The translations under genes were made by a program, and so were the position numbers. 64,000 nucleotides of DNA, taken from Squalus acanthias. Taxonomy: Eukaryota. The notes beneath the pieces were generated by a model. That model saw only the letters and a program-made list of their open reading frames with translations. It had not been told where the DNA came from and made no database searches. This document shows, in pieces, positions 48,001 through 61,934 of the stretch. The stretch's first letter is position 1; each line of letters begins with the position of its first letter. The DNA lies in the NCBI GenBank assembly GCA_030390025.1, contig CM059432.1:114268001-114332000 (forward strand). The letters run 5' to 3'.

Positions 48001-49998
48001 GATTTCAACAGTGGCTTAAAACTTGTCTACAACTTCTTGCAGGCTTGATGTAGTACTGTCCTATAGGAAGGTGCTGTGGAGGGGCACAGAGGGCCACCCC
48101 TCCTCACAAGTAACTCATGCAGCACGACCTTGACTTCACCAGTCACCAAAGGGGGGGCCAGGTGCTGAGCTATGCTATCACTTGACTGAAGACTTTCCCT
48201 TCATCCTCGCCTAACACTTCTTAATCCCCAGCTTCTTGACAAAGGTTTCTGATGGCTTGAGATGCTTGTTAAGGTTCTCCAGAAGCTTTCTGAACTTTTA
48301 CCTGCCCCCCCAACTGTGACACTCACCTTTAACCATCCCCATCTGTTTAAAATTGTCTTAGACGTAGTTTTTCCCTTCCTACCACTGGTTTCATCCCAAC
48401 CGATCTGAGCGTGCGCCTGGAATTGTGAATAGTTATGCAACTGGGTTTAAATTGGAGAACTGTGTGCTGTTTGCAATTGAGATTGAGGTGGGATTTAAAG
48501 CAGTGCAAATCAAATTAGACTTGAACAAAAATAAAATTGGCTCCAGTGCGCACCCTAATCTATGACAATACTGATCTCCACAACTTGCTACCACTTTCAT
48601 CCTTCTAGCTTTTTCATAATTGAGTTAATTGACCATGCATTAATTAATCCAAAAGGTTACTGCTCTGAGCAAATCTACTATCTCTCCTGAGTGAATCAAT
48701 CATTGATAAACTTGCAATGATTTCAAGATCTTTGTGTTAGTTGTCAATATTTATTTTTGCCCACAAACTCCACTTATTGGCATCAGAGGATTTTGCATAC
48801 AGGGAACCTTAGTTGACATGTTGCAAGGAAGAGAAGGAGCTGCAGATGGATGCCAAGCTGGCCAGACTGCCAGCGGGTGGGGGTGCGGAAGGTGCTCTGT
48901 GCCCTCCGGATGGCACCTGCACCCTCACATCTGTAGCGAGGGGTACCATACTTAACTTTGACTGACCTTCCACTGGTGGCGGTTCCTCTTCCTTTAAAGG
49001 AGACTGCGCCAGTGGATGCCTAGTGGCATCATGATGAGATATGAATGCTTGACTAACTGTTAGGCTGGTAGGTTCTTCAGAAGCACCCCATAGCAATTGC
49101 AAATTTTACAGTATGCGGATCATTATCTGTCAAAAATATGAGTCGTGACTTTAAAAAATTGAGCCCCTGGTACAGAGCTTCACCTGCTGGGGTGACCTAT
49201 GAAAAACAGAATTTTTTGTCCTCATTTTAATGGAGTAAATATAATGGGGAGCGAGCACTCGAAATTCTGTTTTCACTATGACTAGGTAAGGCTCTCTATG
49301 GGAATGCAATCTCAGAAAATTACCCCTATGACATACTGGCCATTCACTGAATGCTATGAAGACTACTGCTGAAATAAATGTAAAACAGAAGCAATAATCA
49401 AAGGAATAACATTTAGTCAGTCATCTCATTTCAGTGGGTTAGATAACACTTGCTCTTGCATTTTCTAAACTCCTTGATGAAATTATTGCCTTGTAACCAC
49501 TTACAATTACCTAGTGCAGCCTGAGGTGAATTAAAGTGACCTTGTTCTTCTATCAATACCATACTAATTTCTTCCGACCATTTGCATGGATACAGTTAGA
49601 AGTACTTTGCAACACAGAGTAGTGGAAATAGTTAGGGCTATTTACACAACCTTGTCCTTTGCCAACAGCACCAGCTGGTTGATAATTCTGCATTTTGTCA
49701 GTTGACTATTAGCCAATCTAAAATCATGGCCCTGAAATTCCTGGGGTTAGAGGGCATAAATCGCATTTATGCTAGGTGGGGGCCTGGAACACGGGCTGGA
49801 CGATGGCTTTGCCTTTAAATTCCAGTCAGAGAGGCAATGGGCTGATCTTCTGCCCTCCCCAACCCCCATGTCAAACCAAACATTAATGTGTTGTAAATGC
49901 AAGAAAGGAATATTGGAAGCTATGGAGAGTCTTCATTTGTCACAAGAATATCAACGTATTTGTTTGCTTTAAATTCAGTCAGAGATCATCCTTACGCA

Positions 49999-51817
49999 GG
50001 TATATAAAAAGGAAGAGGGTAGCTAAAGTAAACGTTGGTCCCTTAGCGGATGAGAATGGGGAATTAATAATGGGGAACGGGGAAATGGCAGAGACTCTGA
50101 ACAAATATTTTGTATTTGTCTTCACGGTAGAAGACACTAACAACATCCCAATAATGGTTAATCAAGGGGCCACAGGGAGGGGGGAACTAAAGACAATCAC
50201 TATCACTAAGGAAAAAGTACTTGGTAAAATAATGGGACTTAAAGACGACAAGTCCCCTGGACCAGATGGCCTGCATCCCAGGGTCTTAAAAGAAGTGGCT
50301 GCAGAGATAGTGGATGCATTGGTTGCAATATACCAAAATTCCCTGGACTCTGGAGAGCTCCCAGCGGATTGGAAAACTGCAAATACAACACCCCTATTTA
50401 AGAAAGGAGGGAGACAGAAAGCAGGAAACTATAGACCAGTTAGCCTAACATCTGTCGTTGGGAAAATGCTGGAGTCCTTCATTAAGGAAGCAGTAGCAGG
50501 GCATTTGGAAAATCATAATGCAGTCAAGCAGAGTCAACATGGTTTTATGAAAGGGAAGTCATGTTTAACAAATTTGCTGGAGTTCTTTGAGGATGTAACG
50601 AGCAGGGTGGATAAGGGTGAGCCAGTGGATGTTGTGTATTTGGATTTCCAGAAGGCATTCGATAAGGTGCCACATAAAAGGTTACTGCATAAGATAAGAG
50701 CTCACAGAGTTGGGGGTAATACATTTGCATGGATAAAGATTTGGCTAACTAACAGAAAACAGAGAGTCGGGATAAATGGGTCATTTTCCAGTTGGCAAAC
50801 GGTAACTAGTGGGGTGCCACAGGGATCGGTGCTGGGGCCTCAACTATTTACAATCTACATTAATGACTTGGATGAAGGGACCGAGTGTAATGTAGCCAAG
50901 TTTGCGGATGATACAAAGATGGGTGGGAAAGCAAGTTGTGCAGAGGACTCAAAGAATCTGCAAAGGGATATAGACAGGCTAAGTGAGTGGGCAAACATTT
51001 GGTAGATGGAGTATAATGTGGGAAATTGTGAGGTTATCCACTTTGGCAGGAAAAATAAAAAAGCAAATTATTATTTAAATGGAGAGAGATTACAAAATGC
51101 TACAGTTCAGAGGGACCTGGGGGTTCTTGTGCATGAAACACAAAAAGTTAGCATGCAGGTACAGCAAGTAATCAAAAAGGCAAATGGAATGTTGGCCCTT
51201 ATTTCAAGGGGGTTGGAGTATAAAAGCAGGGAAGTCCTGCTACAACTGTACAGGGTATTGGTGAGACCACACCTTGAGTACTGCATACAGTTTTGGTCTC
51301 CTTATTTAAGGAAGGATATACTTGCATTGGAGGCAGTTCAGAGACGATTCACACGGTTGATTCCTGAGATGAGAGGGTTGACTTATGAAGAAAGGTTGAG
51401 CCTATACTCATTAGAACTTAGAAGAAGGAGGGGTGATCTTATTGAAACATTTAAGATACTGAGGGGGCTCGACAAGGTAGATGCAGAGAGGATGTTTCTC
51501 CTCGTGGGGAAATCTCGAACTCGGGGGCATAGTTTCAGAATAAAGGGTCGCCCTTTTAGAACTGAGATGAGGAAGAATTTCTTCTCTCAGAGGGTTGTAA
51601 ATCCGTGGAATTCTCTGCCCCAGAGAGCCGTGGAGGCTGGATCATTAAATACATTTAAGGTGGAGATAGACAGATTTTTGCAAGATAAGGGAGTGAAGGG
51701 TTATGGGGAGCGGGCAGGGAAGTGGCTTTGAGCCCAAGATCAGCCATGATCTTATTGAATGGCAGGCTCGAAGGGCCAAGTGGCCTATTCCTGCTCCTAT
51801 TTCTTATGTTCTTATGT
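49999..51817 (+). mobile_element. Young 5'-truncated CR1 LINE; RT ORF 50070-51731 broken by one TAG at 51003-51005
   Basis: [53 protein letters not shown]; (ttcttatg)n tail. Confidence 0.96.
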
Positions 51818-52479
51818 CATTGAAAAATGACACCACAGTATGAATATAGATGAAATCCAAGCATCTAATTAATGGGTCAATTTTTGGAGACTCCACTCCA
51901 GCACAAAGTCTTCTTTGACGGAACCATAGGTCAGAGAAATGAGTGTGGAGTCAATTAAATATTTTGTGGATCCTCTCCGAGTCCGATCAGATTGCACTGT
52001 TTGATACTTTTTTATTTTAGAAAAAAACTTACAACTCATATGAGGTTTCTAAATTATTGCTATTGAAAGTTAATTGTTTTCCAGTAACACTGAACGTTTA
52101 GTATTCTTCACACAAACTTACAGAATTACCGTTGGGGGAGGGGAGAAACGATTCAGACCGTGGAATGGAGGACAGATTTTAAACCCCTGAAGCTTCATTT
52201 TGTTTTATGAACAACATATTCTCAAGAGATTATGAAAGCCAGCTAACAGAGGCAACAGTCTTTGATTCACTGCTGTTCATTTCTGGAGATATGGAAGGTC
52301 ACATATGGTCCAAGAAAATAGGGTAATTTCCTTACATGTTTTCCCATTAAATCTTTTAGCCCTCTTCAGAAAAATCTACTTAGTTTGTTTCAAGTAGATT
52401 TTTTCTAAAGAGGGGGGCTAAAATATAGATGCACACATTAAGGATTAACATGTTAATTTTTGCACAGAGTAATGTCAGT

Positions 52480-54551
52480 CCCAACTATTTTAACTTTCGG
52501 TCAGTCATCTGTTCCGGCGGCGAAGAGACCCCTGTGACATTGATACTCCGTCCTCATTTAAATCTAGCAGGTGAGCTGTGGGGCACCAAACAGGCGTCCC
52601 AGTGTAGCTCTCCGGATTGAGATCTCAAGATCAGGCCAGGGCGGCTATCAACAAGGTAAGTTGCACAGCGGGGGTTTGCAATCTCAGACAGTGGGGGTCC
52701 TGGGGCGGCACTGGCCCAGTTTATTTTTGTGGACAGGAGTGCTCCTCTGGGGCTCAGAAAAATAATTCGACATTTACCTTTTGGCGGGCCACTTTGGTTC
52801 CACCGCCCCTGGAACTGGTCAAACCCTGCACTGCGCAGGCTCCAGCCAGTTTCAACATAAAATGGCAATAGGGGCCTTGTTTCCGATTTCCATAGTAAAA
52901 GGTGCTTATCACCTAATACAGGTCAGCGCTTTGGACACCCCTTTCAAAATGGAAATTATAGACCAGTTAGCCTAACATCTGTGGTGGGTAAAATTTTGGA
53001 GTCTATTATTAAGGAGACAGTAACGGAACATTTAGATAAACATAATTTAATAGGAGAAGTCAGCATGGCTTTATGAAGGGGAAGTCATGTCTGACAAATT
53101 TGCTTGAGTTCTTTGAGGACATAACGTACAGGGTGGATAAAGGGGAACCAGTGGACGTAGTGTATTTAGACTTCCAGAAGGCATTCGACAAGGTGCCACA
53201 TAAAAGATTATTGCTCAAGATAAAAAATCACTGGATTGGGGGTAATATTCTGGCATGGGTGGAGGATTGGTTATCTAACAGGAAGCAGAGAGTTGGGATA
53301 AATGGTTCATTCTCGGACTGGCAACCAGTAGCCAGTGGTGTTCCGCAGGGGTCGGTGCTGGGTCCCCAACTCTTTACAATCTATATTAACGATTTGGAGG
53401 AGGGGACCGAGTGTAACATATCAAAGTTTGCAGATGATACAAAGATGGGAGGGAAAGTAGAAAGTGAGGAAGACATAAAAAACCTACAAGGGGATATAGA
53501 CAGGCTGGGTGAGTGGGCGGAGATTTGGCAGATGCAATACAATATTGGAAAATGTGAGGTTATGCACTTTGGCAGGAAAAATCAGAGAGCAAGTTATTAT
53601 CTTAATGGCGAGAAACTGGAAAGTACTGCAGTACAAAGGGATCTGGGGGTCCTAGTGCAAGAAAATCAAAAAGTTAGTATGCAGGTGCAGCAGGTGATCA
53701 AGAAGGCCAACGGAATGTTGGCTTTTATTGCTAGGGGGATAGATTATAAAAACAGGGAGGTATTGCTGCAGTTATATAAGGTATTGGTGAGACTGCACCT
53801 GGAATACTGCATACAGTTTTGGTGTCCATACTTAAGAAAAGACATACTTGCTCTCGAGGCAGTACAAAGAAGGTTCACTCGGTTAATCCCGGGGATGAGG
53901 GGGTGGACTAATGAGGAGAGGTTGAGTAGATTGGGACACTACTCATTGGAGTTCAGAAGAATGAGAGGCGATCTTATTGAAACATATAAGATTGTGAAGG
54001 GGCTTGATCGGGTGGATGCGGTAAGGATGTTCCCAAGGATGGGTGAAACTAGAACTAGGGGGCATAATCTTAGAATAAGGGGCTGCTCTTTCAAAACTGA
54101 GATGAGGAGAAACTTCTTCATTCAGAGGGTAGTAGGTCTGTGGAATTTGCTGCCCCAGGAAGCTGTGGAAACTACATCATTAAATAAATTTAAAACAGAA
54201 ATAGACAGTTTCCTAGAAGTAAAGGAAATTAGGGGTTACGGGGAGCGGGCAGGAAATTGGACATGAGGCTGAGTTCGGATTGGTCAAGGCCCTGTGGGTG
54301 GCGGAGCGGGCCCAGGGGCTGAGTGGCCGGGTCCTGCTCCTACTTCTTGTGTTCTTTAGATTTGAGGTTAGGATCAGATCAGCCATGATCTTATTGAATG
54401 GCGGAGCAGGCTCGAGGGGCCGATTGGCCTACTCCTGCTTCTATTTCTTATGTTCTTATGTAAAATGGAGCCGACCTCACAGCCGGTGTTAATGGGGCAG
54501 TAAGGTTACCGAGCCCATTAACGCCTGGCAAAGGCAGTGAAAATCGACCCC
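52480..54551. mobile_element. Degenerate Harbinger-type MITE interrupted by CR1
   Basis: Right terminus gaaaatcgacccc; GC-rich MITE-like sequence on both sides of the CR1; the left end is poorly defined. Confidence 0.4.
52950..54460 (+). mobile_element. Young 5'-truncated CR1 LINE with an uninterrupted 397-aa RT/C-terminal ORF and a doubled 3' tail
   Basis: ORF 53073-54266 with QGSVLGP, FADDTK; flanking duplication aaaatgga (52946-52953, 54462-54469). Confidence 0.96.
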
Positions 54552-55515
54552 AAAGTATTTCGGTGGAAATTCTGAATGAGTTTATGAATCACAAAATAAA
54601 CAGACCTATCCAATTATCAATGACATAAGCTCATGTATTCATGTTCATAGATGAATCCAGCACCAGCTTTTGCATTCTCAGCTCCAGGATGCTATGACCT
54701 ACATGTGTGGAAAATGCTAGTTTTACACTGAAGTAGGGACTAGAAATAGGGTTAAATTGTCAGTCGAAAGGGTTGCCGCGATCATGGAAATATCATTTGT
54801 GGGAAGCAATTGGCCTAGGTTGATTAATGAAAATAAATACATAGATAGATATTGTGGAGTTTTGTTCAAATAGCTCTGGGATTCTAAGAGAAATGTATCA
54901 GAACTTGTTTTTGGGTGATGAACTAATGAGAGTTGACAGCACACAGTCTGTAAAAGGAACAAGTTCAGTGGGCTAAATGCTTTATCTTGTTCCATGCTTT
55001 AAACTCTTCTGATAATATCCTGGTGAAACAATATAACTAGCTTGCTGACAAATGTTTTGCCTAGCTCAGGAATTCTATCTATTCAAGATAAAAATAAACA
55101 ATTTGTACTGTGCTGCAGCCTATTTGATCAATCATGCAGCAATTCATTATTAAGCAGTTATAGAATACACAAAAGCAGCATTTTGTATCAAAGTAATTAG
55201 GATGAAAAATGTCGCTCTGCAAAATCTAAGTGAAAAGGTAGCAGAAAATAGGTTGTGCTTATATCAGGATTTTGAAGTTGAACATGCTTTGATCAAGCAT
55301 TTTACCCAACAATTGTCTCCTGAAGCTTTGTACTTTTGTTAGGTAGGCTGCTGGATCTTCTATACTTTGTACAAGTGTAAATTATGACAAAATGCTAATG
55401 ATAAAAAACATAAAATCTAAATATTCCAACCTCATACTGCTACTAACAAAGATGCTCTACCTTACACTAACCTCACACCATTAAAAAAACATATTTCAAT
55501 CTAAAACTAATCTAA

Positions 55516-55606
55516 CACACTGGCATTAACACAGCCATTCCAATCTCACACTGGATTTAATGCAGATATTCCAATATCTGTGTTAATGCCAGTGTGAGAT
55601 TGGAAT
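55516..55606. repeat. 31-bp tandem unit that flips orientation (continues at 56372-56396)
   Basis: cacactggcattaacacag..attccaatct twice, then aatatctgtgttaatgccagtgtgagattggaat. Confidence 0.7.
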
Positions 55607-56371
55607 CCCCTTCCCACGGCACGTTCCTGTGCAAGCGTAGGAGATGCAACACCTGCCCTTTTACCTCCTCCCTTCCCACGGTCCAGGGCCCCAAACACTC
55701 CTTCCAGATGAAACAGTGATTTACTTGTACTTCTTGCAATTTAGTATACTGTATTCGCTACTCATGATGCGGTCTCCTCTACATTGGGGAGACCAAACGC
55801 AGATTGGCTGAATGCTTTGCGGAACACCTCCATTCAGTCCGCAAGCATGACACCAAGCTTCTGGTCGCCTGTCACTTTAATTCTCCACTCCACTCCCACG
55901 CTGACCTCTCTGTCCTCGGCCTCTTACACTGTTCCAACAAAGCTCAATGCAAGCTTTCGATTAGGCACTTTACAGCCTTCTGGACTCAACATTTTTTCAA
56001 CAACTTTAGACCATAACCTCTGCCCCTATGTTTTCAGATCGCAGCTTTTGATGATTCTGCTATTCCCATTTACACCTCTTCTAGGCCCATCTTTTGTTTA
56101 TTTACTTATCCCATTACCATCTCCTTCTGCTTTGTATAATCATACCTTTTGCCATTTAATCTTTCCTGCCTTCCACCCTATCACAGACCTTCCCTTTTGT
56201 TCTTTCCTCCCCTCCCTGCTTTCCCTGCCCCCGCACTTGTTTAAAACCTGCTATATCTCTGGCTTTTCCCAGTTCTTACGAAAGGTCATCGACCTGAAAA
56301 GCTAACTCTGTTTCTATCTCCACAGATGCTGCCTGACCTGTTGAGTATTTCCAGCATTTTCTGTTTTTATT
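55607..56371 (+). mobile_element. Penelope-like element 3' part (GIY-YIG relic and pLTR)
   Basis: NLVYCIRYS*CGLLYIGETKRRLAECFAEHL..VACHFNS..FRLGTLQPSGLN; 12-bp TSD tgagattggaat; degenerate hammerhead at ~56271-56308. Confidence 0.88.
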
Positions 56372-56419
56372 TGAGATTGGAATATCTGTGTTAATGTGTC
56401 TGAAATTAGAATATCTAAT

Positions 56420-57255
56420 ATTATCATTGATAATTGGGTTAGTCTCAAAGGGGAGTTATACAGATTGGAGGAAGGCAGAAAGTGGTGTTCCACAAGGATC
56501 AGTGCTGGGACCACTGTTACTCATAATTTACATTAATGATTTGGATTCAGGAATAAATAACTCAGTATCAAAATTTGCAGATGATACCAAATTGCGGGTA
56601 TAGCTAACGCTGAGGAAGAATGCAGCATAAAGAAAGAAAGACTTGCATTTATATAGCGCCTTTCACGACCACCGGACGTCTCAAAGCGCTTTACAGCCAA
56701 TGAAGTACTCTTGAAGTGTAGTCACTGTTGTAATGTGGGAACGCGGCAGCCAATTTGCGCTCAGCAAGGTCCCACAAACAGCAATGTGATAATGACCAGA
56801 TAATCTGTTTTTGTTATGTTGGTTGAGGGATAAATATTGGCCAGGAGACCGGGGATAACTCCCCTGCTCTTCTTCGAAATAGTGCCAAGGGATCTTTTAC
56901 ATCCACCTGAGAGAGCAGACGTGGCCTCGGTTTAACGTCTCATCCGAAAGACGGCACCTCCAACAGTGCAGCATTCCCTCAGCACTGCACTGGAGTGTCA
57001 GCCTAGCTTTATGTGCTCAAGTCCCTGGAGTGGGACTTGAACCCAAAACCTTCTGACTCAGGAGGCGAGTGTGCTACCCACTGAGCCACAGCTGACATTA
57101 TACATTAAGACATTAGAAAACTTGCAGACTGGGCAGTTAAGTGGCAAATGAATTTCAACATAGATAAAAGAGGTGATGCACTTTTGTAGGAAAACAGAAA
57201 TATCACCGACACCTTAGAAAATAAGAAACTGAATGGGGTAGAAGAGCAAAGAGAG
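56420..57255 (+). mobile_element. CR1 RT fragment interrupted by a SINE
   Basis: [28 protein letters not shown]; resumes after 57097 with LADWAVKWQMNFN. Confidence 0.85.
56630..57097 (-). mobile_element. Full-length tRNA-derived Deu-domain SINE (SacSINE1/AmnSINE1-like)
   Basis: Minus strand: A box TGGCTCAGTGG, B box GGTTCAAGTCC, Deu core (gtgccgtctttcggatgagacgttaaaccgagg..aaaagatccc), L2-like tail gtaaagcgctttgagacgtcc..ggcgctatataaatgcaagtc(tttc)n. Confidence 0.88.
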
Positions 57256-59235
57256 AAGAACATAAGAATTAGGAGCAGGAGTAGACAATAGGGCCCCTCG
57301 AGCCTGCTCCACCATTCACTAAGATCATGGCTGATGTTCGACCTCAACTCCACTTTCCTGCCCGATCTCCATATCCCTTGACTCCTTTATCTCAGCCTTG
57401 AATATACTCAAGGATTGAGCATTCACAGCCCTTTGGGGTAGAGAATTCCAAAGATTCACAACCTTCTGAGTGAAGAAGTTGCTCCTCATCTCAGTCTTAA
57501 ATGGCCAATCCCTTACGCTGAGACTATGCCCTCTAGTTCCAGCCAGGGGAAACAACCTCTTAGCATCTACCCTATCAATCCCCCTCACATCTTACTTTCC
57601 CACCTAGCTTTGTATCGTTAGCAAACGTGGATACATTGCACTCGGTCCCTTCATCTAAGTTATTAATAGAGATTGTGAATATCTGAGGCCCAAGCACTGA
57701 TCTTTGCGGCACCCCACTAGTTACAGCCTTCCAATCAGAAATGACCCGTTGATCCCTACTCTCTGTTTTCTGTCCGTTAACCAATCCTCTATCCATGCTA
57801 ATATATTACCCCCAACCCCATGAGCCCTTAACTTGCGTAGCAACCTTTTAAGTGGCACCTTATCGAATGCCTTTTGGAAATCCAAATATACTACATCTAC
57901 TGGTTCCCCTTTATCTACCCTGCTCGTTACATCCTCAAAAAATGAATACATTTGTTAAACACCATTTCCCTTGCACAAAATCATGTTGACTCTGCCTAAT
58001 CATATTATGATTTTCTAAGTGCTCTGTTACTACTTCCGTAATAATGGATTCCAGCATTTCCCGATGAATGATGTCAGGCTAACTGGCCTGTAGTTCCCCG
58101 TTTTCTTTCTCCCTCCTTTCTTGAACAGCAGGGTTACATTTGCTACCTTTCAATGGGCTGGGACCGTTCTAGAATGTAGGGCATTTTGGAAGGTCATAAC
58201 CAATGCATCCACTATCATGCAGCCACCTCTTTCAGAACCCTCGGATGTAGGCCATCAGATCCAGGGGATTTGTCGGCTTTTAGCCCCATTAGTTTCTCAA
58301 GTACTTTTTCACTACTGATATTAATTACTTTAAGTTCCTCACTGTCACTAGCCCCTTGGTTCCCCACTATTTTTGGTAGGTTTTTTGTGTCTTCTACTGT
58401 GAAGACAGATACAAAATATTTGTTTAAAGTCTCGCCCTTTCCTCATTCCCCAATATAATTTCTCCTATCTCAGCCTCTAAGGGACCAACGCTTACTTTTG
58501 CTACTTATCTGTTTATATACTATCACTATGCAAGATATAGAAGCTCTTACATTCTGTTTTTATATTTCTTGATAGTTTAATATTCTATTTTCTCCCTTTT
58601 AATCAATTTTTTGGTCATCCTTTGCTGGTTTCTAAAGCTCTCCCAATCCTCAGGCTTATTACTATTCTTCACAACATTATAGGCCTCTTCTTTTAATCTA
58701 ATACTATCTTAACTTCTTTAGTTAGGCATGGATGGATCACTTTTCCCGTGGAGTTTTTATTTCTCAATGGAATGTGTATTCATTGAGAATTTTGGAATAT
58801 TTCTTTAAATGTTTGCCGCTGCCCATCTACCATCATACCTTTTAATCTAATTTCCCAATCTAGTTGAGCCAACTCACCCCTCATACCTATATATTTGGCG
58901 TTGTTTAAGTTTAAGACTCTAGTTTCGAACTTAAGTATTTCACTCTCAAACTCTATGTGAAATTCTACCATATTATGATCACTCTTCCCCAGAGGATCCT
59001 TTACGATGAGATGACTAATTAGTCCTGTCTCATTACACAATACAAGATCTAAAATAGCCTGTTCCCTGGTTGGTTCTATAACGTATTATTCTAGGAAACT
59101 GTCTCAATTGCATTCCATGAACTCATCCTCCAGACTACCTTTGCCAATTTTATATGAAGATTAAAGTCCTCCACGATTATTGTATTACCTTTATTACAAG
59201 CTCCTATTATTTGTTGATTAATAATCTGTCCAATG
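57256..59235 (-). mobile_element. CR1 LINE, decayed with an internal deletion (end of APE to tail)
   Basis: [51 protein letters not shown]. Confidence 0.92.
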
Positions 59236-59515
59236 AGGTGCTTTTAGCACAAAGGTTGAATCAAAGCCATTTGGGATCACTATGCAAATGTTAAGTTGAA
59301 AATTTAGTTTAATTCATGATTTAGTTTTTGTGTCAAGTAAGCAGCACCATCATCACACCTTTAAAAAAATAATGACATGCAACAAAGACAAATTTAGTGG
59401 GCAACCAACTTTTGACATAGTTATATTCAACGTTTATATTTGTGATGTTAAAGCCATGTGTTAATAGTCAGGTCACTTTACACACCTGTAGTCACAAACA
59501 CAGACAATACTTTTG

Positions 59516-61575
59516 AGAACATAAGAACATAAGAAATAGGAGCAGGAGTAGGCCATGCGGCCCTTCAAGCCTGCTCCGCCATTCAATGAGATCATGGCTG
59601 ATCTTCTGCCTCAACTCCATTCACCAGCCCTATCGCCATATCCTTTGATGCCCTTACTAGTCAGAAATCTATCGACTTCTGTTTTGAATATACCCAATGA
59701 CTGAGCCTCCACAGCCCTCTGGGGTAGAGAATTCCAAAGATTCACCACCCTCTGTGTGAAGAAATTTCTTCTCCTCTCAGTCCTGAATGGCCTACCCTTT
59801 ATCTTGAGGCTGTGGCCCCTGCTTCCAGACTCCCCAGTCAAGGGAAACATTCTCCCGGCATTCATCCTATCAAGCCCTGTAATAATTTTGTATGCTTCAA
59901 TGAGATCCCCTCTCATTCTTCTGAATTCAAGAGAATACAGGCCTAGTTTACTCAATCTCTTCTCATACGACAGTCCCGCCATCCCAGGAATCAATCTCGT
60001 GAACCTTCGTTGCACTCCCTCTATGGCAAGTATATCCTTCCTTAGGTAAGGAGACCAAAACTGTACACAGTACTCCAGGTGTGGTCTCACCAAGGCCCGA
60101 TATAATTGGAGTAAGACTTCTTTACGCCTGTACTCAAATCCTCTTGTAATGAAGGCCAGCATACCATTTGCCTTCCTAATGGCTTGCTGCACCTGCACAT
60201 TCACTTTCAGTGACTCATGTACAAGGACACCCAAGTCCCTTTGAGCATCTGCATTCCCCAATCTTTCACCATTTAGGAAATACTCTGCCTTTCTGTTTTT
60301 TCTACCAAAGTGGATAACTTCACATTTACCCACATTATATTCCATCTGCCATGTTCTCACCCACTCACTGAGCCTGTCGAGATCCCCTTGAAGCCTCTTC
60401 ACATCCTCTTCACAACTGACACTGCCACTTAGCTTTGTATCAGCAGCAAATTTGGAAATGTTACATTTAGTCCCCTCATCCAAATCATTGATATAGATTG
60501 TGAATAGCTGGGGCCCAAGCATCGATCCTTGCGGTACCCCACTAGTCACAGCCTGCCATCCTGAAAAAGACCCGTTTATCCCTACTCTTTGTTTTCTGTC
60601 TGTTAACCAATTCTTAATCCATGCTAGTATATTACCCCCAATTCCATGTGCCCTAATTTTGTTCACCAACCTCTTGTGTGGGACCTTATCTAAGGCCTTC
60701 TGAAAATCCAGATACACCACATCTACTGGTTCCCCTTTGTCTACTCCACTAGTTACATCCTCAAAGAACTCCAATAGGTTTGTCAAACAGGATTTCCCTT
60801 TCATAAATCCATGTTGACTCTGCCCAATCTTACTATTAGTTTCTAAGTGCCCAGTTATTACATCCTTTATAATAGATTCCAGCATTTCCCCAACTACTGA
60901 TGTGAGGCTAACAGGTCTGTAGTTCCCCGTTTTCTCTCTCCCTCCTTTCTTAATTTGCTATCCTCCAATCTGCAGGAACCGTTCCAGAATCTATAGAATT
61001 TTGGAAGATGACAACCAATGCGTCCACTATTCCAATGGCCACCTCTTTCAAAACCCTAGGATGTAGGTCATCCGGTCCTTGGGATTTATCGACTTTTAGT
61101 CCCATTAATTTTGCTAGTACTGTTTTTTTACTAATAATAATTTCGTTAAGTTCCTCATTCTCGTCACACCCTTGGTTTTCTCGTATTTCTGGGAGGTTTT
61201 TTGTGTCTTCCTCCGTGAAGACAGAAACAAAGTATTTATTTAATTTCTCTGCCATTTCCTCATTCCCCATTATAAATTCTCCCATCTCTGACTGTAAAGG
61301 ACCTACATTTATCTTCACCAGTCTTTTCCTTTTTACATACCTATAGAAGCTTTTACAATCCATTTTTATATTTTTCGCTAGTTTGTGCTCATATTCCATT
61401 TTCCCTTTCTTTTTCAATTTCTTGGTCCCCCTTTGCTGATTTCTAAAAAGATCCCAATCCTCAGGCTGACTGCTTTTTCTGGCAACTTTATAAGCTTCCT
61501 CCTTTGACTTAATACTAGCTTTAATTTCTTTTGTTAGCCATGGTTGGATCACTTTTCCTTTTGGGTTTTTATCAT
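59516..61575 (-). mobile_element. CR1 LINE, 5'-truncated; 424-aa RT ORF with the catalytic motif mutated (FAADTK)
   Basis: ORFs 59611-60885 and 60950-61575; (aacataag)n tail. Confidence 0.96.
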
Positions 61576-61934
61576 GTGATTTAAGAAAACATGAAGAAAA
61601 ACAGTTCTTATTGTTTTTAGGAGTGAAACATTTGTTTGATAATGCTTGCAAGCCAAATAATATTTGGAAATACTACTACCAATAGATCAAATGACTAATC
61701 TATGCAGGTTATTTAGTGTCATGCAGAGCTATACCTAACAACCAAGGAATTCTACTTTTATTTCATCATGGCAAATTTTGCAGTTATCAAGGTGGAAGGC
61801 AGTGAGAAACTAAATATCTATGCAATTTTTCATTAAGCACTTTAAGCTCTGGAACACCATGGGGTAGATGAATTTGTCAGCTCTGTACTAAGAATATAGT
61901 TTAATCATAACTCTAGAAATTACTCTTTCTGTAT

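Noticed and set aside
48734..49102. Short ORFs on both strands
   Set aside because: No recognisable domain; probably a decayed repeat ending at aaaattgagcccc (~49146).
53073..54266. Functional or novel reverse transcriptase gene (also 50070-51731 and 59611-60885)
   Set aside because: Ordinary 5'-truncated CR1 ORF2 without APE or promoter; one copy has an internal stop and another has FAADTK in place of FADDTK.
55516..55606. CRISPR-like 31-bp repeats
   Set aside because: No spacers, only 2-3 units, eukaryotic context and no cas genes.
57030..57097. tRNA gene
   Set aside because: The A/B boxes are the head of a Deu-SINE and continue into SINE core and tail.
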